Shown here one piece after another: positions 1 to 14,240 of a stretch of DNA of 64,000 nucleotides. The notes beneath the pieces are model-generated. The model did not search any database. It was not told the DNA's origin and saw nothing but the letters and a program-made list of their open reading frames with translations. The DNA lies in assembly GCA_963662585.1 (NCBI GenBank), contig OY759729.1, forward strand, positions 1,280,001 through 1,344,000, given 5' to 3'. The translations under genes and the position numbers were made by a program. This DNA is from Candidatus Cloacimonadales bacterium. Its GTDB lineage: Bacteria; Cloacimonadota; Cloacimonadia; Cloacimonadales; JAFGVF01. The first letter of the stretch is position 1. Each line of letters begins with the position of its first letter.

Positions 1-1717
<1,717 letters not shown>

Positions 1718-1804
1718 AAAATTAATTATACACACTCTATTGCACTCTATTTACTGTAAAATTTTAATTATTATATATTGGTTTAGTTTGATAAAAATAA
1801 AGAA

Positions 1805-1880
1805 TGGTGGAGAATAACGGGCTCGAACCGTTGACCCCCTGCTTGCAAAGCAGGTGCTCTCCCAACTGAGCTAATCCCCC
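1805..1880 (-). tRNA. tRNA-Ala(TGC)
   Basis: GGGGGATTAGCTCAGTTGGGAGAGCACCTGCTTTGCAAGCAGG...TTCGAGCCCGTTATTCTCCACCA; cloverleaf with encoded CCA, in rRNA spacer. Confidence 0.97.
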
Positions 1881-1885
1881 ACTAC

Positions 1886-1962
<77 letters not shown>

Positions 1963-2036
1963 CTTTACTTAGAACTAAACTTTTTATTTAGTTATAGAAT
2001 GAAAAAGTAAACTTATCAAGAAACTATTTCTCCTTT

Positions 2037-3576
<1,540 letters not shown>

Positions 3577-3709
3577 TTATATAAATCGTGTTCCTGTCTC
3601 TCGCAAGTTTACTTCATTCATTCACTCTATAACTTTTTAATTTTAAAAATTATTCAAAGATCTAATCCAAGTTCCGAGAAGTTTGTTGCTTCCGTGCATT
3701 GGTTTTGCT

Positions 3710-3737
3710 AAACTATGGGAAGCTGCTTTCTTGTCAA
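3710..3737 (-). promoter_or_regulatory. Putative sigma70 promoter of rRNA operon
   Basis: TTGACA-16 nt-TAGTTT about 135 nt upstream of 16S; 16-bp spacer typical of rrn promoters. Confidence 0.6.
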
Positions 3738-4073
3738 TACCTTTTTTTACTTCTTTTAATTTTTTATAGTAATGACCTTGACATTAGCCTTTTTTTAATA
3801 ACTGATAAATAGTTATTTAACTAGGATGAAACTTTTTTTATATTTTTTTTAATATTTTAAGTTTTCATCTTCTTTTAAAGTTTAGTTTTGTTTTTGTATA
3901 CAGTAAAATTTCTAAAAAATGTAGGGGATTATTGCTATAAGCCCACATCAAAAACAGCAGGGGTCTATTCCATAGGCACATATTTTAACCAGACTGGATC
4001 CTTTCAATGTATTATATATCTTTATATATATAAGGGGATGATATTTTTCAATATGGAATCACAAGCATTGTCT

Positions 4074-4170
4074 AATGTGGAAGCAGAGACGCTTCCACTC
4101 CATAGAAGAAAACACCCCCTGTGTCCCCCTCACGGAGAGGGATTTAAAAGATCCTGTCGCATGCAAGGTG
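4074..4170. repeat. Cluster of REP-like palindromes
   Basis: GTGGAAGC-agagac-GCTTCCAC hairpin preceded on minus strand by GGAG; near-identical copy at 24421; further short palindromes nearby. Confidence 0.65.
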
Positions 4171-4372
4171 CATGCAATCCTGCAGAAGAGGTCTTATCAA
4201 GTTCTTAGTTCTTAACTACTTTCCACTGGTCCTTCCTTGTTCCTAGACTGACATCATATAAGAACTTCAAATAGTAATCAAGATGAGTGAGAAGGATTAG
4301 TAAGTGAACTAGGCAAGATCAATAATAGATTCGTAGTCTTCAAGAAGGCTTAGGGCAAGTCTTGATGAAAAA

Positions 4373-4402
4373 ATCCCCTCTCATAATAGTATTATGGAGG
4401 GG
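4373..4402 (-). terminator. Putative intrinsic terminator after ribBA
   Basis: CCCCTC...GAGGGG hairpin followed by T-run on minus strand. Confidence 0.5.
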
Positions 4403-4453
4403 TAGTTATTTAAAATATAAAGTACTTGCTTACTATTATATAAATAGCAAGCG

Positions 4454-5662
4454 TTAAATTTTCTCTAGCAAATGACCCATTTTCTCTTTTTTAGTTTTAA
4501 GATAGAAGTGATTTTCCTTGATAGAATCTATTTCTATAGGTACTCGAGCTACTATTTTGAGTCCGTAGCCTTCTAGTCCAACGACTTTCTTGGGATTATT
4601 GGTAAGGAGTCGCATTTCTTTGACACCTAGATAAGTAAGCATTTGAGCTCCGATTCCATAATCTCTTAAATCTTCTGGAAATCCTAGTTCAATATTAGCT
4701 TCCACAGTATCTCTTCCATGGTCTTGGAGATGATAGGCTTTAATTTTATTAGCAATACCTATTCCTCTTCCTTCTTGTTTCATATAGAGAATAACTCCTC
4801 TTTCTTCTTCAGATATTTTTTGGAAAGCATATTTAAGTTGCTGACCGCAATCACATCTTGCAGAGAAGAGGGCATCACCAGTAAGGCATTCAGAGTGAAC
4901 TCTAACTAAAATATCTTTACCATCGCTGATATCGCCTTTGACTATAGCAATATGTTCTTCCCCAGAGATTGTACTTCTGAAAATATAAATATCAAAATCA
5001 CCAAAATGGGTAGGAAGTTTTGCTTTGGAGATTAATTCTACAAGCTCTTCATTGGCTTTTCTATATTTAATCAAGTCGGCAATAGTAATAATTTTCAAAG
5101 CATGTTTTTGAGAATAACCTTCGAGGTCTCCCAATCTAGCCATAGAGCCATCTTCATTAATGATTTCACAGATAACGCCCATTGGTAGAAGTTTGGCTAA
5201 TTTAGCTAAGTCAACAGCAGCTTCTGTATGTCCTGCTCTAACCAAGACTCCTCCAGCTTCAGCTATCAGTGGGAAAATATGTCCTGGTCTAACAAAATCA
5301 TCAGAAGTTGAGTTTGGATCAACTAAAGCTAGAATAGTGTTTGCTCTATCTTGAGCTGAAATTCCAGTGGTTGTATTTCTGGCTCCATCAACAGAGACTG
5401 TGAATTTAGTACCTTGTTTTTCGGTAATATTATCAGTCATAAGGGGAATATCTAATCTAGCTAATGCTTCTTTAGTCATTGGCGTACAGACTAACCCTTT
5501 GGCATGAGTAATCATAAAATTTATCATTTGAGGGGTTATCTTTTCTGCAGCACAGATTAAATCCCCTTCATTTTCTCGATCTTCATCATCAACAACGATG
5601 ATCAATTTACCTTGTTTAATATCTTCAATAGCTTCTTCTATTGTTGCGAACTTATAAGACAT
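4454..5662 (-). CDS. ribBA: Bifunctional DHBP synthase / GTP cyclohydrolase II
   Basis: [40 protein letters not shown] motifs. Confidence 0.97.
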   Translation of the reverse strand: MSYKFATIEEAIEDIKQGKLIIVVDDEDRENEGDLICAAEKITPQMINFMITHAKGLVCTPMTKEALARLDIPLMTDNITEKQGTKFTVSVDGARNTTTGISAQDRANTILALVDPNSTSDDFVRPGHIFPLIAEAGGVLVRAGHTEAAVDLAKLAKLLPMGVICEIINEDGSMARLGDLEGYSQKHALKIITIADLIKYRKANEELVELISKAKLPTHFGDFDIYIFRSTISGEEHIAIVKGDISDGKDILVRVHSECLTGDALFSARCDCGQQLKYAFQKISEEERGVILYMKQEGRGIGIANKIKAYHLQDHGRDTVEANIELGFPEDLRDYGIGAQMLTYLGVKEMRLLTNNPKKVVGLEGYGLKIVARVPIEIDSIKENHFYLKTKKEKMGHLLEKI

Positions 5663-5671
5663 ATTTACTCC

Positions 5672-6661
5672 TTAATCATCTATGGAAAAATTTGCTTCTA
5701 ACCAGGCTATAGTTTTTCTAAAATAGTCAGGTAGATCAGATTTTACTGAGATAAGTTTATTTGTGATTGGATGAATAAACTCTAATTGATGGGCATGTAA
5801 AGCTTGGTTTATTAGAACATTATCATATAAATTAGTTAATCTTTTCTTAAAATTTGAAGGTATTCTTGTAGCAACTTCATTAAGACTGCTGTAGAGTCTA
5901 TCTCCGAGAACAGGGTTATTTAAATTAGCGAAGTGAACTCTTATTTGGTGAGTTCTTCCTGTTTCGAGAACAATATCAGCAATAGAGAAATAATGATAGT
6001 ACTTTTGAATCTGGTAATGGGTTATAGCATTTTTTCCAGAATCATTCACGACAATTTTGAGGGGATTACTTTTGCTTCTTTGTAAAAAGGATTGAATAGT
6101 ACTAGCTTCTTCTTTAGGATGTCCAACTAAGATGGCTTTATAAGTTTTCTTAATTTGTTTGCTTCTGAACATTTCTGACAACTTAGCATGAACCAAGTTA
6201 TTTTTAGCAATGATGAGAAGACCGGAAGTACCTTTATCAATTCTATGCACGATTCCAACTCTTGAGGCTCCCCTATCATTGGAAAGTTGCTCTCCAAAAT
6301 GATAGATTAAGCCATTAACTAAAGTTCCTGTTAAGTTTCCGTGTCCTGGATGTACTACTAATCCTTCTGGTTTATTGATTATGGCAATATCATCATCTTC
6401 ATACACTATATTAAGTGGAATGTTTTCAGGTAAAGCTTCGAAGCTAGAATCCTCTTGCAATTCAATATCTATAAGATCATTATTTAAAAGCGGATAACTC
6501 TTCTTTACAATCATTCCATTAACTTTAATATGATTTCCAATAATTAATTTCTCTATAAGTGATCGAGAATATAACTCATCGCAATTTAGACTTGCTAAAT
6601 ATTTATCGATGCGCATACTCTCTTGTCCTTTGTATGTTAAACTTAATATAATATTACTCAC
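5672..6661 (-). CDS. rluD: RluA/RluD-family pseudouridine synthase with N-terminal S4 domain
   Basis: NKPEGLVVHP, HRIDKGTSG, TGRTHQIRVH motifs; S4-like N-terminus. Confidence 0.88.
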   Translation of the reverse strand: MSNIILSLTYKGQESMRIDKYLASLNCDELYSRSLIEKLIIGNHIKVNGMIVKKSYPLLNNDLIDIELQEDSSFEALPENIPLNIVYEDDDIAIINKPEGLVVHPGHGNLTGTLVNGLIYHFGEQLSNDRGASRVGIVHRIDKGTSGLLIIAKNNLVHAKLSEMFRSKQIKKTYKAILVGHPKEEASTIQSFLQRSKSNPLKIVVNDSGKNAITHYQIQKYYHYFSIADIVLETGRTHQIRVHFANLNNPVLGDRLYSSLNEVATRIPSNFKKRLTNLYDNVLINQALHAHQLEFIHPITNKLISVKSDLPDYFRKTIAWLEANFSIDD

Positions 6662-7455
6662 TAATCAACCTTATCTGTATTTTCATTTTCATTTTTTATA
6701 TCCTCATCTTCAATTTTCTCTGTGAGGTCAGTTATGATAAAAACAGCTCCCAGAAAATCACCACTTTTATTTTTATATAAAGAAGATTTTATGGTAAATT
6801 CTAGATTCATCTCAGAAATAAACATCGTACAAGGCTCTTTTCTTTCAGCTTTTGTTAATACCTCTCGTACATACTTCTTAATAGTTTTTTCAAAAGAATC
6901 TGGATATATTGTATCTAAAAAGTCTTTATCCTCATCTAATTCTAAGTGAAGGAACTTTGTTTTCATTACCTCATTAACATAGAGAATCTCCCCAGATTTA
7001 TCAATAATCAAAGCTCCATCACTGATGAGAGATAATAGGGACTTTAATTTTCCATAATGAGCTGAGATTTTTATCTCTTTTAATTTATCAAACTGAATAA
7101 TATTTGTTATCATTCTTTTAATTGATTCAACTAAAGGAACATACTCTTTTTCAACTGTTTCAGAGAGGTTTTCTAGATCAAAGCCATAATTCCCTTTTCT
7201 AAATTCATCAAACACATGTTTAAATTGCTTGATAGATCTTTTCATTTTTATCGGTTGATAAATCATAATTGCTACATAGAAAATAATAAAGAAAATCAAA
7301 AAACTAAAGAGAATATTCTTTGAATCATTAACTATCTGAGTAATTGAATGGTCACTACTAAATTGGTATAGTAAAATCACTACTTGAATTATGTAGGTAA
7401 TTAGAATTATTAATAATGAAACATTTATACTTTCATAAAAAGAGCGTTTCTTCAT
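6661..7455 (-). CDS. Membrane protein, 2 TM + HAMP-like + PAS-like domain, no kinase domain
   Basis: Two hydrophobic helices, coiled linker, DGALIIDKSGEILYVN...GAVFIITDLT PAS signature. Confidence 0.65.
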   Translation of the reverse strand: MKKRSFYESINVSLLIILITYIIQVVILLYQFSSDHSITQIVNDSKNILFSFLIFFIIFYVAIMIYQPIKMKRSIKQFKHVFDEFRKGNYGFDLENLSETVEKEYVPLVESIKRMITNIIQFDKLKEIKISAHYGKLKSLLSLISDGALIIDKSGEILYVNEVMKTKFLHLELDEDKDFLDTIYPDSFEKTIKKYVREVLTKAERKEPCTMFISEMNLEFTIKSSLYKNKSGDFLGAVFIITDLTEKIEDEDIKNENENTDKVD

Positions 7456-7459
7456 TATT

Positions 7460-8161
7460 CTATCCTTTCTTTTTTATATCGTTAATCAATTTATCAATAT
7501 TATGTCTTAAGCCTAAAATTATGATTCTATCACCTTCATTAAGGACATCGTTTGCTCCAGGTAAGGAATTTATCTTCTCTTCGATAACCTTCTCCCCTTC
7601 TTCGGTAATTTTAAGAACCTTGGTTTTAATAGTAACAATATTTAAACCATACTTATTTAAGAGATCTAAATCTTGTAATTTTTTACCAATAAAGTCATTA
7701 GGAATAATTAATTCAGCTAAGAAGTGCCCTGATGACAATTCAACAATCTGGTTAATCTCTTCCAAAATAAGCTGTTTCGCCAGACTTTGTCCGACAATCT
7801 CTTCCGGGAAGTAAATATCATCTATACCTAAAGAGACTAAAATTCTTCGGTGAAGATTATCTTCCACCTTGGCATAAATTCTGCCTATTCCTATTTTCTT
7901 AAGTAAGGCACAGGTCATAATATTAGCTTGAATATTATTTCCTATTGCGACAATAACAGCATCAGCATCTTCAATTCCTGATTGTTTTAAGGCTATTTCG
8001 TCAGTAGCATCAAAACATAGTGTTGAAGTTAATTTTTCTTTTATCTCTTCTAGTACAGTATCTGTTTTGTCAACACCAATAACTTCTGCTTCATGAGCAA
8101 TCAAAGTTGCAGCAACTGCTGTGCCAAATTTTCCCATTCCTATAATAACAAATCTTGCCAT
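7460..8161 (-). CDS. trkA: TrkA/KtrA potassium uptake regulatory subunit
   Basis: VIIGMGKFG Rossmann motif, RCK N and C domains; adjacent to trkH. Confidence 0.92.
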   Translation of the reverse strand: MARFVIIGMGKFGTAVAATLIAHEAEVIGVDKTDTVLEEIKEKLTSTLCFDATDEIALKQSGIEDADAVIVAIGNNIQANIMTCALLKKIGIGRIYAKVEDNLHRRILVSLGIDDIYFPEEIVGQSLAKQLILEEINQIVELSSGHFLAELIIPNDFIGKKLQDLDLLNKYGLNIVTIKTKVLKITEEGEKVIEEKINSLPGANDVLNEGDRIIILGLRHNIDKLINDIKKKG

Positions 8162-8165
8162 TTTT

Positions 8166-9860
8166 TTATCCTATTGAAATATTTTCTTCTAAATAATTCA
8201 CTCTTTTCTTTACTACTCTTTGCGCTAAAGCATAGAGTATTGTTAATGGTCCTATTCTTCCTAAATACATTAATAAAATAATAATGATTTTACCTGCGAA
8301 ATTTAGACTATTTGTAAATCCCATTGAAAGTCCAACTGTTCCAAAAGCAGAAAATGCTTCAAAGATAATTTCTTGAAAACTACCATCACTCACAATAAAG
8401 AGAGCGAAAAGTAGGAGCATTAAAAAACCTATTGAAATACCAATCAAACTAATAGCTTCTTTTATTCCATGCACTGAAATCTTTCTCTTATAAGCAGACA
8501 CATTACTTTTCCCGGTAATAATAGAAATTATCGATAAAATCATAATAGCAAAAGTGGTTGTTTTTATACCACCTCCAGTAGATCCAGGAGAAGCACCAAT
8601 AAACATTAATAACACAGAAAGTAATATCGAGCTATAAGAAAGATTAGCCTGAGATATAGTATTAAATCCTGCAGTTCTGCATGTTACCGACTGAAAATAA
8701 GATGTCATAAGACGATTGCCAAAACTCATTCCCTTCATGGTATTGTTGTATTCTGAAATAAAGAAGCCAAATATACCAAAGGTAATTAACATAATAGTAG
8801 CAGCAAGAACTATCTTGGAGTGCAAACTAAGCTTTTTTATGCCACCTTTCTTGAAGATGTTTCGTTTCAAGTCCATTATAACAACAAAACCTAATCCACC
8901 AAAAATTATTAAAGTAGTAATAACAATATTTATGTTTAAGTTATAAGTAAATGATTCTAAATTATCTGCGAAAAGGGCAAATCCCCCATTACAAAAGGCA
9001 GAAACAGAATGAAATACTGAATAATAAATAGCTCTAAAAGTATTAGGGTAAATATTTCTAAAAGTTAGAAACAAAAATACTGAACCTATTGTTTCAAAGA
9101 GAAAAGTAATACCAACAACATATTTCAAAAGTTGAAATAAGTTTAATCTATTTGATTCACCCATAACATTTTGCATCACAGATTCCATTTTTGCTGTTAG
9201 TTTCTGTCCGAAAATAAGAGCAAAAGCAGTTGAGATAGTCATAATACCTAAGCCACCTATCTGAATTAAGATCAGAATCACAATTTGACCAAAGAGGGAA
9301 AAGTAACTTCCCGTGTCTTCAACAATTAATCCAGTAACGCAGGTTGCTGAAGTTGAAGTAAAGAAGGCATCTATAAAATTCATTGTTTGGTTTGATGATG
9401 TAGCAATTGGTAACATTAGTACTAAAGCTCCAACAAAAATTACCATTAAAAAACTTATCATCAAGGAGATAGCTGGATTGTTGATTATTGCTTTCCAGAG
9501 TCTCCCTTCAAAGGCATATAGAAGAAACTTTTTTAATAATATTATTAATTGCTTAAGCGAAATATATAAGAGGAAATACTCTGGATTTTTGAAGAGTAGA
9601 TAAATTCCTACAGAAATAACTAAAAAAGGTAACAAGCGAGGTAAGGTTATATTCTTTAAACCATTATGAGCTATGTTAACTACATTATAAAGGGAATAAA
9701 TAATTATGTTTATCATTGAATAGAAGATCATTCTATTATGCGATATAATACCATCAGGTAAATAGGGCGTGATAAATAGTACTACCAAATTCATTATTGC
9801 TAATACATTGATAGTACTATTTAAGAACGATAAAAACTTATTAGTTTCTTGCTTTTCCAT
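8166..9860 (-). CDS. trkH: TrkH/KtrB potassium uptake membrane protein with N-terminal TM extension
   Basis: SATCVTGL, SAFCNGGF, TAGF, GSTGGGIK, SAFGTVGLS pore motifs. Confidence 0.93.
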   Translation of the reverse strand: MEKQETNKFLSFLNSTINVLAIMNLVVLFITPYLPDGIISHNRMIFYSMINIIIYSLYNVVNIAHNGLKNITLPRLLPFLVISVGIYLLFKNPEYFLLYISLKQLIILLKKFLLYAFEGRLWKAIINNPAISLMISFLMVIFVGALVLMLPIATSSNQTMNFIDAFFTSTSATCVTGLIVEDTGSYFSLFGQIVILILIQIGGLGIMTISTAFALIFGQKLTAKMESVMQNVMGESNRLNLFQLLKYVVGITFLFETIGSVFLFLTFRNIYPNTFRAIYYSVFHSVSAFCNGGFALFADNLESFTYNLNINIVITTLIIFGGLGFVVIMDLKRNIFKKGGIKKLSLHSKIVLAATIMLITFGIFGFFISEYNNTMKGMSFGNRLMTSYFQSVTCRTAGFNTISQANLSYSSILLSVLLMFIGASPGSTGGGIKTTTFAIMILSIISIITGKSNVSAYKRKISVHGIKEAISLIGISIGFLMLLLFALFIVSDGSFQEIIFEAFSAFGTVGLSMGFTNSLNFAGKIIIILLMYLGRIGPLTILYALAQRVVKKRVNYLEENISIG

Positions 9861-10482
9861 AATTCTTAACTATTGCTAAGATCTTTTCATTCACAACTTC
9901 TATATCATCATTAGCATCGACTTTATAGAGTAAATCATGATTTTGGAAATATTTAATTAATGATTTGGTCTCCCTATGAAACCTTCTCAATCTCTGATCA
10001 ATCGCTTCAGGAGTATCATCATCTCTAGAAGCAACAATACCCCCACATACATCGCAAACTCCATCCACTTTTGGTGGTGTAGCTAACAAGTTGTAGTTTT
10101 GCTGGCATTTCTTGCATCTTACTCGAGCAGTGATTCTCTTTTTAGCTTCAGTGTCATCTAAATCTAAATAGATAACAAAATCAATATGATAGTGCTTAAC
10201 TAAATAATCAGCTTGATCTTTATTGCGTGGAAAACCATCAAAGATTAAGCCCTTAATACCTAATCCCACATAATTATCGATCATGTGATAAACATACTCA
10301 TCAGGAACTAAATTCCCTTTATCAATATAAACTTTAGCAATGTTACCGATTTCTGTACCGGATTTTATCTCTTGACGAAACAATTCGCCAAGATTGATAT
10401 GCTTCATTGCTAACTTCTCTGAAAGCATAGAGGCTTGAGTGCCTTTACCGCTTCCCTGAATACCGAATAAAACAATATTCAT
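9841..10482 (-). CDS. adk: Adenylate kinase (Zn-LID type)
   Basis: GIQGSGKGTQ P-loop, FDGFPR, CxxC...CxxC LID. Confidence 0.95.
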   Translation of the reverse strand: MNIVLFGIQGSGKGTQASMLSEKLAMKHINLGELFRQEIKSGTEIGNIAKVYIDKGNLVPDEYVYHMIDNYVGLGIKGLIFDGFPRNKDQADYLVKHYHIDFVIYLDLDDTEAKKRITARVRCKKCQQNYNLLATPPKVDGVCDVCGGIVASRDDDTPEAIDQRLRRFHRETKSLIKYFQNHDLLYKVDANDDIEVVNEKILAIVKNYGKARN

Positions 10483-10536
10483 AATAATTTATACCTCATT
10501 TTCTTTTTTTTATCTAATAATATTTATCCACTGTAC

Positions 10537-10566
10537 ATTATATTTTAAATATGTATTTAAAGTCAA
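10537..10566 (-). promoter_or_regulatory. Putative sigma70 promoter for adk-trkHA-...-ribBA operon
   Basis: TTGACT-18 nt-TATAAT upstream of adk. Confidence 0.5.
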
Positions 10567-10830
10567 GATATATCTAATAATAGCAGCTCTAATCTTTATT
10601 AAAAATTAACACTTTAGAGTTAAAAGATTGAGATTAACCTAGAATAACATTTAATCCAAATAATGCACTAGAAATTGGCAAATATTGCTATACTCTTCTG
10701 GGGTTAAGAAAAACAATGAAACTACTAAATTGATTTTAATCTTTTTAACTTATTTGTTTGCATATATTAAGGATTAACACTTTCTTATCTGGTCATGGTA
10801 GTTAATCTTCTTGACGGATAGTTCTTAATT

Positions 10831-11208
10831 CTACTTGTTTTCTATAATAACTTCAGCAATAGCATATTCTTTAAGATGACTTAGGGTAACATGAAATTTT
10901 AGCTTATCCTTTCCCAATACTGTCTCTTTAGTTTTATTTATGAGCTTCAGAAAGGGAGCACCATTATCATGGTTAAGAATCTCAATTTCATTCCAAGTAA
11001 TACCATCAGCCCAACCAGTTCCATAGGCTTTCATGAATGCCTCTTTAGCAGCAAACCGAGCAGCATAGGATTGGTATTTATTTGCCTTAGCTTCACAGAG
11101 TATAATTTCATTGGCTGAAAATATTTTCTCTTTGAAACCATTATCTTTATCAATTGCTCTTTTGATTCTAGAGATTTCTATAATGTCATTTCCGATACCG
11201 TAAATCAT
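10831..11208 (-). CDS. acpS: Holo-ACP synthase
   Basis: GIGNDIIEISR, ARFAAKEAFMKA, TLSH motifs. Confidence 0.95.
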   Translation of the reverse strand: MIYGIGNDIIEISRIKRAIDKDNGFKEKIFSANEIILCEAKANKYQSYAARFAAKEAFMKAYGTGWADGITWNEIEILNHDNGAPFLKLINKTKETVLGKDKLKFHVTLSHLKEYAIAEVIIENK

Positions 11209-11267
11209 TCATTTGTCCTAAAATCTTAAATTGTATAATTTATTAATTAAAAATCTTATCATAAAAT

Positions 11268-11292
11268 AAAAAAAGGGAGCTTAGCTCCCATT
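11268..11292 (-). terminator. Intrinsic terminator after rplS
   Basis: GGGAGC-taa-GCTCCC followed by T-run. Confidence 0.7.
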
Positions 11293-11294
11293 TT

Positions 11295-11648
11295 TTATTT
11301 ACTAACTCTTCTTTTTTCTTTAATTCTTGCTGATTTACCTTTAGCACTTCTAAGATAAAACAATTTAGCTCTTCTAACATGTCCGTAACGAACAACTTCT
11401 AATTTTGCAATTAGAGGAGTATTTACAGGGAAAATTCTTTCTACACCAACACCGTTACTAACTTTTCTTACAGTGAAAGTTTTTGAGATTCCTGCGCCTC
11501 TGATTTGAAGAACGATACCTTGAAAGACTTGAACTCTTTCTTTGCTTCCTTCTTTAATTTTATAGTGAACTTGTACTGTATCACCCACTCTAAATTCCGG
11601 TAAATCTGTTCTAATTTGTTCTTTGGTTATAACTTGAATAATATCCAT
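11295..11648 (-). CDS. rplS: 50S ribosomal protein L19
   Basis: [33 protein letters not shown]. Confidence 0.98.
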   Translation of the reverse strand: MDIIQVITKEQIRTDLPEFRVGDTVQVHYKIKEGSKERVQVFQGIVLQIRGAGISKTFTVRKVSNGVGVERIFPVNTPLIAKLEVVRYGHVRRAKLFYLRSAKGKSARIKEKRRVSK

Positions 11649-11659
11649 TATTCCTCCCT

Positions 11660-12220
11660 TTATTCTTCGGAAGTAAGTCTATCCAGAATAATTGCTACTG
11701 CACTTCTGACTGATAAATGGTTATAGTCATTAGGACCTGAAATAGGTTCTAAGACAAAGTCAGAAGATTTAATTACTCCCTCATGCAGTCCATTTCCTGT
11801 TCCAAAGAGAAGCAGGACGGGTCTATCTGCAGGAATAGCCGAAGAGATTTTAGCAAAAGAAATACTTTCATCTAATCTCTTAGCAGTAGTAGTTATTACT
11901 ATCGGAGCAACTTGTTCCTGGTTTACTATTGCTTTAATAGCGTCTTCAATCGAGTATGAATGCTCTAGTATTGTCAAAGCATCAACTCTATCTTTATTAT
12001 AAACTTTGGCTATATCAGACTCCCAGAAGCCCATAATTTTATTAACAAGCTCTTTCATAGATTCTAGGGGATGAATGACATAGTACTTTTTTATTCCAAA
12101 AGTTAAGCAACTTCTTGCGATATCATGTAAATCCAAATTAGTAATTGAAGTTTTAACAACTTCGTTAAATTTATTATATATTGGATAGTGAACTAATCCT
12201 AAATAGAGGTTATTCTTCAT
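11660..12220 (-). CDS. SPOUT-type RNA methyltransferase (TrmD-associated family)
   Basis: [32 protein letters not shown]; follows trmD. Confidence 0.85.
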   Translation of the reverse strand: MKNNLYLGLVHYPIYNKFNEVVKTSITNLDLHDIARSCLTFGIKKYYVIHPLESMKELVNKIMGFWESDIAKVYNKDRVDALTILEHSYSIEDAIKAIVNQEQVAPIVITTTAKRLDESISFAKISSAIPADRPVLLLFGTGNGLHEGVIKSSDFVLEPISGPNDYNHLSVRSAVAIILDRLTSEE

Positions 12221-12884
12221 CTAATAAGTCCGGTCTTCTTTCTTTAGTAAGTTGGTAAGCTTGTTGTTCTTGCCACCTTTGAATCTCTTTATGGTTACCT
12301 TGCAGGAGGACCTCAGGGACTTTAAGACCGCGATATTCGGCAGGTCGAGTATATTGAGGTATTCCTAATAATCCATCTTCAAAAGAGTCATTTAGGGCTG
12401 ATGTAATATCACTGATGACTCCATCTTGGAGTCTAGCCAGGGCATCGACAAAAAGCATAGCGGGTAATTCACCGCCTGAGAGAACAAAATCACCAATAGA
12501 AATTTCATCAGTAACTAGTTGATCTCTTACTCTTTGATCTAACTCTTTATAGTGTCCGCAGATAATAGCAATTCTTGGTTTTTCAAGATATTCTTTGATA
12601 ATATTTTGATTAAGAACTCTTCCTTGAGGGGTAAAGTAGATAACTGGAATGTTTTTCCAGTGAAGAAAATCATAGGCTTCGAAAACTGGTTCAGGTTTCA
12701 TAATCATTCCGGAGTCTCCTCCATAGGGATAATCATCAACTTGTCTATTCTTATTGAATGCAAAGTCTCTTAAATTAACCAAATTAATAGTAAGAGCATC
12801 TTTCTCTTGAGCTTTAGCGATAATGCTAGTAGAGAAGACATTCTCAAACATATTAGGAAAGAGAGAGAGGATATCTATAATCAT
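12210..12884 (-). CDS. trmD: tRNA (guanine37-N1)-methyltransferase
   Basis: DDYPYGG, ISIGDFVLSGGE, YTRP. Confidence 0.96.
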   Translation of the reverse strand: MIIDILSLFPNMFENVFSTSIIAKAQEKDALTINLVNLRDFAFNKNRQVDDYPYGGDSGMIMKPEPVFEAYDFLHWKNIPVIYFTPQGRVLNQNIIKEYLEKPRIAIICGHYKELDQRVRDQLVTDEISIGDFVLSGGELPAMLFVDALARLQDGVISDITSALNDSFEDGLLGIPQYTRPAEYRGLKVPEVLLQGNHKEIQRWQEQQAYQLTKERRPDLLDEE

Positions 12885-13399
12885 AGTTCTCTCAGGCTCT
12901 TAGTATTTTGGAAATAGACTTTCTTTTCCGAGGGATTTACTTCTTTAATATAATAATCGACTTCCGGGATAAGTAGTTCTTTATCATTTTCATCAAAAAT
13001 AACAACAATTCTATGACCAGGGGTGTAGATAAAATCTACAACACGCCCAAGATATAGTTCATCTTCATAAGCCTGAAAATCAGTAATATCTAAGTCTGCA
13101 TCACCCTGATTAAGGGAATAATGTTGATTTTTGGGAATAGCTAGTTTAGCAGACTTTCTAATTTCATACTCTTCTTCCACACCATCATCATTAAAGGATA
13201 TCCAGTATTTAGAATTTTGAATCGAAAGTTTCTTAACTTCCACATAAAACACTCTATGTTCTGTAAAGATCAAGTAAAGTTTGGTAACTTTATCAAAAAT
13301 AGCAGGTTGAAAATTATCATTGGGAATAAACTGAAATTCTATTTTATCGTTTATGAGGTTTCCCAACCTGCCTATAACTAAAAGTTCTTTTTCTATCAT
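12881..13399 (-). CDS. rimM: Ribosome maturation factor RimM (divergent)
   Basis: Position between khpA and trmD; C-terminal PRC-barrel-like LGRVVD...ELLIP; N-terminal motif degenerate. Confidence 0.75.
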   Translation of the reverse strand: MIEKELLVIGRLGNLINDKIEFQFIPNDNFQPAIFDKVTKLYLIFTEHRVFYVEVKKLSIQNSKYWISFNDDGVEEEYEIRKSAKLAIPKNQHYSLNQGDADLDITDFQAYEDELYLGRVVDFIYTPGHRIVVIFDENDKELLIPEVDYYIKEVNPSEKKVYFQNTKSLREL

Positions 13400-13630
13400 C
13401 TATTCGATAATTTCAAGTTCTGCTCTTTTTCCTTGTTTAGTACTCACAGCATTTAGAATTGTACGAATCGCTCCAGCAGTTTTACCCTTCTTACCGATAA
13501 CTTTACCGATATCTTCTTTAGAAACTCTAAGTTCAAAAAGAGTAATTTTATCTCCATTTATTTCAGTGATTTTTACTTCACTTGGATCATCTACAAGAGC
13601 TTTAACAACAAATTCTATTAAATCTTTCAT
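13400..13630 (-). CDS. khpA: KH-domain RNA-binding protein
   Basis: LVDDP...DIGKVIGKKGKT; follows rpsP. Confidence 0.92.
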   Translation of the reverse strand: MKDLIEFVVKALVDDPSEVKITEINGDKITLFELRVSKEDIGKVIGKKGKTAGAIRTILNAVSTKQGKRAELEIIE

Positions 13631-13645
13631 TAGATTCTCCTACTC

Positions 13646-13936
13646 TTAGCTCTGTTTGCTAGTAGCAATTTGCTTTTTCTTTGCATTATGCCAAATTTCT
13701 AACACGCCAGCTTTTCTAAGAATAGAGCGAACTGTATCTGTAGGTTGTGCACCTACTTCAAGCCATTTAATAGCTTTTTCTGTATCAACTTTTATATCAG
13801 CCACTTCAGGCACTGGATTGTAGTAACCTACACTCTCAATATACTTTCCATCTCTTTTCACGCGAGAATCAACTGCAACGATTCGGTAGAAAGGGTTATT
13901 TCTAGCACCCATTCTAGTCAATCTTAGCTTTACCAT
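13646..13936 (-). CDS. rpsP: 30S ribosomal protein S16
   Basis: [27 protein letters not shown]. Confidence 0.98.
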   Translation of the reverse strand: MVKLRLTRMGARNNPFYRIVAVDSRVKRDGKYIESVGYYNPVPEVADIKVDTEKAIKWLEVGAQPTDTVRSILRKAGVLEIWHNAKKKQIATSKQS

Positions 13937-14240
13937 ATTAACTCCTTATTCTATATAAATCATTTTATATTATATTTTAACGATAACATCTTTTTTTTAT
14001 TTATAGTACCCGTCAAGATATTTTTTTCTTATTATTTTTCAGCATGCAGATGCGAGACTAGTCTAAAATAATTTCACTAGTTCTCCTTTGCAGTGCTTAT
14101 GCAGATATCAAGGGATTTTCTATAAGTTCCTTGGGGGATTTCCTCTTATATTTCCGCCCTTACTGGGCTTTGAGAGGTTTTCTCATATTAAGCTTGATCT
14201 TAATACTTGGAATCCCTGAATATATTTCTTCATAATTAAA

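Noticed and set aside
3888..4208. 106-aa ORF upstream of the rRNA promoter
   Set aside because: No RBS or recognisable motif; runs through REP-like palindromes.
5662..5700. FMN riboswitch before ribBA
   Set aside because: Only 9 nt separate ribBA from the upstream gene; there is no room and no motif.
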